A stretch of DNA of 64,000 nucleotides from NCBI GenBank assembly GCA_964654155.1, contig CAZZGL010000002.1, forward strand, positions 35,902 through 99,901, given 5' to 3'. Position numbers and translations under genes: made by a program. The notes under the pieces are model-generated. The model ran no database searches and was not told the DNA's origin. It worked only from the letters and a program-made list of their open reading frames with translations. Within the stretch, counting starts at the first letter, position 1; the number at the start of each line of letters is the position of its first letter. This document shows positions 20,510 through 27,691 of the stretch, in pieces. This DNA is from an uncultured Staphylococcaceae bacterium. GTDB lineage: Bacteria; Bacillota_I; Bacilli_A; RFN20; CAG-826.

Positions 20510-21287
20510 TTTAAATAGACAAGAATTAACAATTATTTTAGCATATTATTTTTTTGATAGCAGAAAAACAACTATTAATACAATGAACTCTTTTAACACT
20601 AGATTTAATTTAACTTTTAAAAAAGATTTTAATACTCAAACACTAATATATTATTGCTCTTTATTTAAAAATATCGATCCTTCATTTAATGCCAAACCAA
20701 TAAATAATGAAGATTTAAGAATTAATGAACTATGGAATTATTATATTGTGCAAGATAGAATAAGTGATTTAAAAAAAATATATAATAGTTTTAAGCAAGG
20801 TCTACTAAAAAAAAGAATAATATCTATTAAAAATGAGGCTGCCGATGATATAAATGAATACATATCTAAAGAAATAAAAAATTTACATTTTACTTTTTTA
20901 GGAGATGAAGCTAAAAATTTATATAATTTGTCATCATTTTCAAGTCAATCACTTCGTGATTTAAACGTTTCCTTTAATGCTTTAAACTTAGCTAAGTTTA
21001 AATGTGAAGTAGACAATAGCCATAAAACTTTTATAAGAAAAAATATTGATATTCCATATACTGAAGGACATCATATAATACCATTGCAATACCAATATCT
21101 ATTTAAATCTAATCTTGATGTAGAGGCTAATGTCGTATCTTTATGCAGTAATTGTCATAATAATCTGCATTATGGAAAAGATTTTGAAGAATTATTAACA
21201 ATAATTTTTACAGATGAAAGAAAAAAAAGATTAGAAAAATGTGGAATAAAAATAACATTAGAAGAACTAATTTCTTTTTATAAATAA
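20502..21287 (+). CDS. HNH endonuclease-domain protein
   Basis: C-terminal EGHHIIPL...NVVSLCSNCHNNLHYG is the canonical HNH/His-Me finger with a zinc-ligand Cys pair. It overlaps the MutH-like gene by 8 nt. Confidence 0.7.
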   Translation: MNNLNRQELTIILAYYFFDSRKTTINTMNSFNTRFNLTFKKDFNTQTLIYYCSLFKNIDPSFNAKPINNEDLRINELWNYYIVQDRISDLKKIYNSFKQGLLKKRIISIKNEAADDINEYISKEIKNLHFTFLGDEAKNLYNLSSFSSQSLRDLNVSFNALNLAKFKCEVDNSHKTFIRKNIDIPYTEGHHIIPLQYQYLFKSNLDVEANVVSLCSNCHNNLHYGKDFEELLTIIFTDERKKRLEKCGIKITLEELISFYK

Positions 21288-21302
21288 AGAAAGGATTATC
21301 CA

Positions 21303-22550
21303 ATGAAAAAAACAGTAGTAGAACTATTCGCCGGTGTAGGCGGATTTAGAGTAGGATTAAATAAAATTAAAAAAATTGATAACAATGGTCAGGCTATTGA
21401 AAATAAAAAATTTAAAATTATTTGGGCAAATCAATGGGAACCATCAACTAAAGCACAACATGCCTATGAATGCTACAAACTAAGGTTTAATTGTTCAGAA
21501 GAAGAATGTTCTAATGTAGATATATCCTTAATTGATAAAAGTTCAATTCCTTCTCACACATTATTATGTGGCGGATTTCCATGTCAAGATTACTCTGTCG
21601 CAAGATCATTAAAAAACGAGAAAGGAATTGAAGGAAAAAAAGGCGTTTTATGGTGGCAAATTTATGAGGTTTTAACTATTAAAGAACCTCCGTTTGTTCT
21701 TTTAGAAAATGTTGATAGATTATTAAAATCACCTTCTAAACAAAGGGGGCAAGCTTTCGGAATTATGTTAAGATGTTTTTATGAATTGGGATATTCCGTA
21801 GAATGGCGAGTCATAAACGCCGCACAATATGGTCACCCTCAAAGAAGAAGAAGAATATTTATTTTTGCATATAAAAATACAACAAAATATAGTAAAAAAA
21901 TGGGAATGTTATCTCTACACGAAATAATAACTTCTAAGGGAATTTTTGCTAAAAAATTTCCTGTTTCAAATTTAAAATATAAAATTAAAGAAATAGATAT
22001 CAAAGATTATAAAAGCTTAATAGATGTTTCTGAAAATTTTAAATTTATTTTTGAAAATTCTGGATATATGAATAATGGCATAATATATACTTTCAATACT
22101 ATTGCAAAAGAAAATAAGCCATTCGTCTTGCGCCAAATTCTTGAGAAGAGTGTTGATGAAAATCTATTTTTATCCCATTATAAAATTAAAAAATTTTCTT
22201 ATTTAAGAAATTCTAAAAAAATATTAAGAACTAGAAAAGAGGATGGCGGGACTTATTATTATTCCGAAGGAGCAATGGCGCCATATGATTCTTTAGATTT
22301 ACCTGGTAGAACTATGCTTACGAGTGAAGGAACAGTTAATAGGAGTTCTCATATAATAAAAGATCCTAATGAAAACAAACTAAGATTTTTATCTCCTATC
22401 GAATGTGAAAGATTGAATCAATTTCCCGATAATTGGACATCAACCATGTGCAATAGGAAAAGATATTTTATGATGGGAAACGCTCTTGTTTGTGGAATTG
22501 TATCAAAACTAGGTAATGAAATTTACAATATTATTAGAGAAGAAGATTAA
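21303..22550 (+). CDS. DNA (cytosine-5)-methyltransferase
   Basis: Motif I ELFAGVGGF, motif IV GGFPCQDYS, motif VI LLENV, motif VIII QRRRRIFIFAY and motif X MGNALV. Confidence 0.9.
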   Translation: MKKTVVELFAGVGGFRVGLNKIKKIDNNGQAIENKKFKIIWANQWEPSTKAQHAYECYKLRFNCSEEECSNVDISLIDKSSIPSHTLLCGGFPCQDYSVARSLKNEKGIEGKKGVLWWQIYEVLTIKEPPFVLLENVDRLLKSPSKQRGQAFGIMLRCFYELGYSVEWRVINAAQYGHPQRRRRIFIFAYKNTTKYSKKMGMLSLHEIITSKGIFAKKFPVSNLKYKIKEIDIKDYKSLIDVSENFKFIFENSGYMNNGIIYTFNTIAKENKPFVLRQILEKSVDENLFLSHYKIKKFSYLRNSKKILRTRKEDGGTYYYSEGAMAPYDSLDLPGRTMLTSEGTVNRSSHIIKDPNENKLRFLSPIECERLNQFPDNWTSTMCNRKRYFMMGNALVCGIVSKLGNEIYNIIREED

Positions 22551-22613
22551 TGTAAAAACAAATTAAATGCTCAATTAAATAATTAAACAAAAAACTAATT
22601 ACCACATTATATT

Positions 22614-22637
22614 AGGCGCTTTAAGCGCTCTTTTTTA
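22614..22637 (+). terminator. Rho-independent terminator after the MTase gene
   Basis: GGCGCT-TTA-AGCGCT stem followed by CTTTTTT. Confidence 0.5.
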
Positions 22638-22731
22638 TACTAAAATATTTGCTTTTCCAAAATTCACTAAAATATATCCCGATTTACAATAGCTTTTCTT
22701 TTTTTCTTAATTATTCTGAGAAACTATCGCT

Positions 22732-22786
22732 GTAATCTGTAAATCCTAAATATTTAGATTACATTCTTTTATTCAAATGATATAAT
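22732..22786 (+). promoter_or_regulatory. Nested palindromic operator GTAATCTgtaaatcCTAAATATTTAGATTACat overlapping the -35 of a TGATATAAT promoter for the PLD-nuclease gene
   Basis: Outer arms GTAATCT/AGATTAC and inner 12-bp perfect palindrome CTAAATATTTAG. The TG-extended -10 is at 22778-22786, 25 nt before the ATG and an AAGGAGAG RBS. Confidence 0.45.
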
Positions 22787-22810
22787 CAAAAACATAAGGA
22801 GAGTTAACTT

Positions 22811-23596
22811 ATGATTAAAACAATTAAAACACCATCCGATAATACTTTTTATACACTTATAAAAGAAGCAAAAAATAGTATATATTTATGTGCTCCTTAT
22901 ATCAAAAAAGATATTGTAGATAAAATTTTATTTCATAAAAAGCAAGGTATCGAAATGATAGTTATAACATCATCAAATATATCAAATTTTATAAATGGCT
23001 CATTAGATGCTTCTGCAATAAAAGAACTGATAAAAAATGATGTTGTTGTTAGAAATTATCAAAAACTACATGCAAAAATTTATATTTTTGATAAAAAGAA
23101 AGCACTTATTACTTCTGCAAATCTAACAAATAACGGATTGTATAATAATTTTGAATATGGAGTGTTAATTGATGATGATACAATAACAGATAAAGTATAT
23201 GAAGATTATATTCAAATGATTAACGACGATCAATGTGGCACTTTTAATGATGCTTTATTAAATAGAGTTTCTAAGATTAAAATTAAGAAAAAGCCCATTA
23301 TTAATATAGATAATGATCACGACGCTATTATTATTGAAAATATTAATAATCTAATTAAAACTATGACTTCTTGGCAAAAAGATGTCTTTTTAATCTTAAA
23401 TCAAATGGCAAATGAATACTTCACAACTTCGGATATCTATTCATACTCTAATGAATTAAAAGCAAAACATCCTCATAACAATCATATAATAGAAAAAATA
23501 AGACAAATATTACAACAATTACGAGATATGGGATTTATTAAATTTCTTGATCGAGGAACTTATAAAAAATTGTGGATTGATAAAAACAAATTTTAA
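22811..23596 (+). CDS. Phospholipase-D-family (HKD) nuclease with a C-terminal winged-helix-like domain
   Basis: Single HKD motif LHAKIYIFDKKKALITSANLTNNG, as in Nuc/BfiI/NgoFVII-type nucleases that dimerise. The C-terminal ~90 aa are predicted helical and wHTH-like. Confidence 0.7.
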   Translation: MIKTIKTPSDNTFYTLIKEAKNSIYLCAPYIKKDIVDKILFHKKQGIEMIVITSSNISNFINGSLDASAIKELIKNDVVVRNYQKLHAKIYIFDKKKALITSANLTNNGLYNNFEYGVLIDDDTITDKVYEDYIQMINDDQCGTFNDALLNRVSKIKIKKKPIINIDNDHDAIIIENINNLIKTMTSWQKDVFLILNQMANEYFTTSDIYSYSNELKAKHPHNNHIIEKIRQILQQLRDMGFIKFLDRGTYKKLWIDKNKF

Positions 23597-23644
23597 TTAT
23601 TTCTCCCTATCTGTAATTAAATAAACAACAATACTTAAATTACA

Positions 23645-23692
23645 AAGAGTTATTAACATGAAATTTAATTCATTTAATTAACTCTTTTTTTA
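23645..23692 (+). terminator. Rho-independent terminator of the PLD-nuclease gene
   Basis: AAGAGTTATTAA...TTAATTAACTCTT long imperfect stem followed by TTTTTTT. Confidence 0.5.
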
Positions 23693-23955
23693 TTTGATAG
23701 CTATGACGATATAAAATTGAATTGCACTTCATATAACTAAATTATTTATCAATAATAATTCTAAGTTTATTAATATTATAATTCATAATTTATGAACTAT
23801 TTTTTATTAAAAATCAGTTATTAAATTATTATTTAATATATATTTATATATATTAATTTTAAAAAAAATTATGAACAAAAAAATTCATGACATTGCTAAT
23901 TTTTATTACAAATAATACGATTTATAATTTTGTTGTAATCAAGGAGTGATGAAAG

Positions 23956-25278
23956 ATGAATAAAACAAAAATAGACTTAGATTCAATTTATGGATATGCC
24001 TGTGAAAAAGAAAAGCTAAAAAAAATCATTGATGAATTAAATAAAATTAAAACAGATAATACAAAGACAACTATTTATAAATCTGTTATTTTTTGTGGTC
24101 CAAAAGGTAATGGAAAGCACTTATTCGCGCAAGTGTTAGAGAATGAAACCAATTGTCCTCTTTATGAATTATCTCTTAATGATAATTGTGATGAAGATTT
24201 TATCACAAATGTTTTTTCTGAGGCAGCGGATAATAAACCATCAATTATAGTTATTGACGGAATTGATAATCTTATCAAAAGTAATCTCTTAGATAATAAA
24301 AAACATAAAGCGTTATTTACATTAACTAATTTATTATTATATAAAAATAACAATGGTATCATGACCATTTTAAACACAGATAATTTAGATTCTCTACCAA
24401 AAATTTACCTTGGTAATAATAAAAATAAACCCGTTATCAATTTAAATAACCCTTCTTTAAAATCAAGATATAATATAATATCAAAATATATTGCTCAAAC
24501 TACTTTTAGTTTTGAACCTAAGGTTAGTTTTATGGCGAAAGCCACAAAAGATTTTTCTGTTGAAGAAATATTAGTCTTACTTGATACTTGTATGACATTT
24601 TCTTCAAAAGATAACATCGTTTCTATAAAAGTATTTATTGAACAACTTAACAATATAAAATCATTTAATTTTATTATTGAAAGTGACTATAAAAAAGATT
24701 ACGCAATTGCAATTCAAGAACTAGGCAAATTATTTGTAGCGCGCCACTTTAAAAAGGGAATATACGAAATAAACATCGATAGAAACGAACCTTCTTCAGG
24801 AAGCATTTTTAATAATGATATTTTAAATGAAATAGGACCTTGTAAAGATGAATATGATGATTATTATGAAACTCGCCTTAATTCCGTTTTATTCTTTTCA
24901 AGAGATGATTTTGAGAAAATAATAATGGCTAATATAGGTAAAGAAATAGCTTCTGATTTAATATTGAATAACAATTATTCAAACCTTTATTATGACCATT
25001 TAGATCTTTATAGCAAAATTAAATATGCAGTAACTAATGGATTGTATGGAATTAAATTCGCAAATGATTATAGCTACGATTTTAATACCTTAAGAGGAAG
25101 AAAAACTGAAGAAAAAATAGATCAAGTAATTAATGATTTATATGAAAGAACTGAAAAAATTGTAAAAGAATATCTCCCCTTAATAACCACACTTGCCAAT
25201 TTATTAGTTAAAAAAAGACAAATGGATGATAAGGAAATAGAACCAATTATCATTGATTGGTTTAAAAATAATCAATAG
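23956..25278 (+). CDS. AAA+ ATPase with an unknown C-terminal domain
   Basis: Walker A VIFCGPKGNGKH and Walker B PSIIVIDGIDNL. The N-terminal IYGYACEKEKLKKI resembles AAA substrate-recognition lids. The C-terminal ~200 aa have no recognised motif. Confidence 0.65.
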   Translation: MNKTKIDLDSIYGYACEKEKLKKIIDELNKIKTDNTKTTIYKSVIFCGPKGNGKHLFAQVLENETNCPLYELSLNDNCDEDFITNVFSEAADNKPSIIVIDGIDNLIKSNLLDNKKHKALFTLTNLLLYKNNNGIMTILNTDNLDSLPKIYLGNNKNKPVINLNNPSLKSRYNIISKYIAQTTFSFEPKVSFMAKATKDFSVEEILVLLDTCMTFSSKDNIVSIKVFIEQLNNIKSFNFIIESDYKKDYAIAIQELGKLFVARHFKKGIYEINIDRNEPSSGSIFNNDILNEIGPCKDEYDDYYETRLNSVLFFSRDDFEKIIMANIGKEIASDLILNNNYSNLYYDHLDLYSKIKYAVTNGLYGIKFANDYSYDFNTLRGRKTEEKIDQVINDLYERTEKIVKEYLPLITTLANLLVKKRQMDDKEIEPIIIDWFKNNQ

Positions 25279-25290
25279 GAGGTATATAAC

Positions 25291-25488
25291 ATGGATTTAG
25301 AAAACTTATCAATATTGCTACACTATGCCTTTATTTTAAGTTGTGCGATACTTGCTTTATATTTAACTATTAAAATATTTACACAAAAAAGAGTTTCAAT
25401 AGGTTTTTGTCTATTTTTTCTATTTGTTGGTGCATTCTCATTTTTTGGCGAATCCGAACTAAATAGTGTAACAAATAATCATGATTAA
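25291..25488 (+). CDS. Small two-TM membrane protein; the ORF ends at an in-frame TAA and an in-frame open frame continues after it
   Basis: GGAGG RBS and two hydrophobic helices. See the pseudogene entry 25489-25760. Confidence 0.4.
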   Translation: MDLENLSILLHYAFILSCAILALYLTIKIFTQKRVSIGFCLFFLFVGAFSFFGESELNSVTNNHD

Positions 25489-25760
25489 AATGTAGTTACT
25501 AAAAAGAAAGCCCCTACTTTAGTTAGTACAGAACAAACTGAATTAGGAACTGGAGTTAATGTAAAAATAAAATGTAATGATAATTATGAATATGTTATTA
25601 TAAGGCTTAAAGTTTATAAAGATGATACTTTTGTAAACAAATATGAAAAGCAATTAGATGACTTAATTAATAATAAAACCTATACTGTACTATTTTCCTT
25701 TTCCATAAGTGATATGACTGTAATTAATAAATATAGTTGTGAAATTGCTGAATATAAATA
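25489..25760 (+). pseudogene. In-frame 90-codon continuation after the TAA, with no start codon: a likely nonsense-interrupted 156-aa membrane-anchored protein
   Basis: Same frame as 25291-25488. The first in-frame ATG lies in the last ~20 codons. No RBS is present. Confidence 0.25.
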
Positions 25761-25873
25761 AACATTATCTCCACAACCTCATTTATTAAAACTACTTTAA
25801 TAATAATGATTCTCGCTTCTCTATTTAATAAAATCGATATGCTATCATTAAACCAAATAGAGAGGAGATCATT

Positions 25874-27664
25874 ATGAAATCTTTATTAACTTTAACAGCA
25901 TTATTGCTAGGTTTTGGCATTCAATCTTTGCCTCAAACAATTAAAAATGAAACTATCAAAGACACATACCAAGCTAATAATAATTTAATTAATTTTCCAA
26001 CTGTAGTTACAAATATAAAAACCGCCGAACATTTAAATTCTCTTTTATTAACAGATACTATGCCTTCTAATGCAATACTACATGTTAATAATGATTTGAA
26101 TGTTGTTGATGAAAACAATAATTCTCTTGGCTCTTTAAGCCATGTTATTAATGATATATTACAGGATTACATCATTCCTATTGTTTATCTTGAAAATGAA
26201 ATCCAAGCTTCTAAATATGTTGAATTCATAAATGAAGAATTAATTATTGATATGGCTATAATGGCAAATAATCCATCATTGATTAAAATGGTTAAAGATA
26301 CCCACTATGTTATTAGAGGAATATATCATGTTAAAGAAATATCGAAAGATACAAAACTATGTGACTTAGTATATACTGCGAATAAAAACTACGCTAATGT
26401 GATTGCATTAGATGATGAAATTGCAACAAGAGAAAATGTCACATATTTACAAGCAAGATTTAAAACTGTATGGATTAATCAAACTAATGAAAATGATTTT
26501 AATCTTTATTCTTCAATTAATACAGGTTGCTATGGAATGATTGTTGATGACTATGAAAATTTATATAATCTGTATCTTAATTATGATAAAGGAACTTTAA
26601 TTCGAAACCCATTTAATGTTGCACACAGAGGATTACCAATTTTCTATAATGAAAACTCTGTTTATGGAACTCAAAAAGCTATTGAATTAGGAGCAACCCA
26701 TGTTGAACTAGATGCCTATTTAACCACTGATGATGAAATCGTATTTATGCATGATAGCAATATTGAAAGAACTAGTGATGGAACTGGAAATATAGAAAGT
26801 TATTCGCTTGAACAACTACAAAATTTTTCTTTAGATTTAAAATCACCATCAGAACCGATTCCATCAATAGAAGATATAACCGTCCCTATTATAAATTCGG
26901 ATGCAATCTTAGTTTTAGAAATAAAATCTAGTAATACAAAAATAGTTGAAATACTACGTGAAAAATTGACAGAACTTGATTTGTTTTCTAAAACTGTTGT
27001 AATTTCGTTTAATACCAATATCCTCGCGGCAATGAAAGAAATTATTCCTGAGATACCAACCGCAAATTTAAATGATGTTTTTGTTTATAACTTCGCTTCT
27101 GTATTAAATTGGATGGGATTATATAATACTGTAATTGATACTCAATATAGTAGAATCACTAAAGAGAATAACGAACTTTATTTAAAAGATAGAGGAATAA
27201 TGGGTTGGTTTTGGACATATAATTCTCTTACTGATATAGATACTAGCATTAGTTCTGGCGTTATTGGAATGACCAACAACTGTTGTAATTTTTTTACTAA
27301 TCAAATTAGATATATTGATGGTAAAGAGTTTACTTTAAAAAAAGGTCAAAAAATTAATAATGCAAATTTCACTCTTCTTAGTTCGGCTTATGGTGGAAAT
27401 CAAGATGAAATAGAAGGAAAACTTTTTAAATATGAAGAAAAAGATGAATACTACGAGGTTATATGTTCATTTGAAACTAAATTTGGTGATTATAATAAAG
27501 TAACTTTTTATACTGAATCATTTAAAGTATATAAACACCCTGATGATGTTGGTAATGATACCGTAAACAAGGGTTGTGTAAAATCATCAACAAATATTCT
27601 ATTTACTTTGTCATTAATTGGACTACTATCACTTGCTTTAAAAAAGAGAAATAATATTTTTTAA
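25874..27664 (+). CDS. Exported glycerophosphodiester phosphodiesterase (GDPD)-domain protein with a C-terminal TM anchor
   Basis: Signal peptide MKSLLTLTALLLGFG. GDPD motifs HRG...ELGATHVELDAYLTTDDEIVFMHDSNIERTSDGTG. C-terminal hydrophobic segment LSLIGLLSLALKKRNN. Confidence 0.7.
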   Translation: MKSLLTLTALLLGFGIQSLPQTIKNETIKDTYQANNNLINFPTVVTNIKTAEHLNSLLLTDTMPSNAILHVNNDLNVVDENNNSLGSLSHVINDILQDYIIPIVYLENEIQASKYVEFINEELIIDMAIMANNPSLIKMVKDTHYVIRGIYHVKEISKDTKLCDLVYTANKNYANVIALDDEIATRENVTYLQARFKTVWINQTNENDFNLYSSINTGCYGMIVDDYENLYNLYLNYDKGTLIRNPFNVAHRGLPIFYNENSVYGTQKAIELGATHVELDAYLTTDDEIVFMHDSNIERTSDGTGNIESYSLEQLQNFSLDLKSPSEPIPSIEDITVPIINSDAILVLEIKSSNTKIVEILREKLTELDLFSKTVVISFNTNILAAMKEIIPEIPTANLNDVFVYNFASVLNWMGLYNTVIDTQYSRITKENNELYLKDRGIMGWFWTYNSLTDIDTSISSGVIGMTNNCCNFFTNQIRYIDGKEFTLKKGQKINNANFTLLSSAYGGNQDEIEGKLFKYEEKDEYYEVICSFETKFGDYNKVTFYTESFKVYKHPDDVGNDTVNKGCVKSSTNILFTLSLIGLLSLALKKRNNIF

Positions 27665-27691
27665 ATATAATTAATAATTAGAGAAACAAAT

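Noticed and set aside
20502-21287. HNH ORF as a Vsr (very-short-patch repair) partner of the Dcm-type methyltransferase
   Set aside because: Vsr is a distinct PD-(D/E)xK-like fold of ~150 aa. This protein has a classical Cys-containing HNH finger and an unrelated N-terminal domain.
23800-23880. The (TA)n/AT low-complexity tract and 15-bp palindrome TTCATAATTTATGAA upstream of the AAA ATPase gene as a specific element
   Set aside because: AT-only simple sequence is expected by chance at this base composition, and there is no supporting spacing to promoter elements. It was noted but not called.
16572-25278. Canonical DISARM system (SNF2 + PLD + C5-MTase present)
   Set aside because: The defining core genes DrmA (a ~1300-aa helicase) and DrmB (DUF1998) are absent. 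The accompanying genes are different (ParB/DUF262-like, MutH-like, HNH). It is treated as DISARM-like or novel instead.
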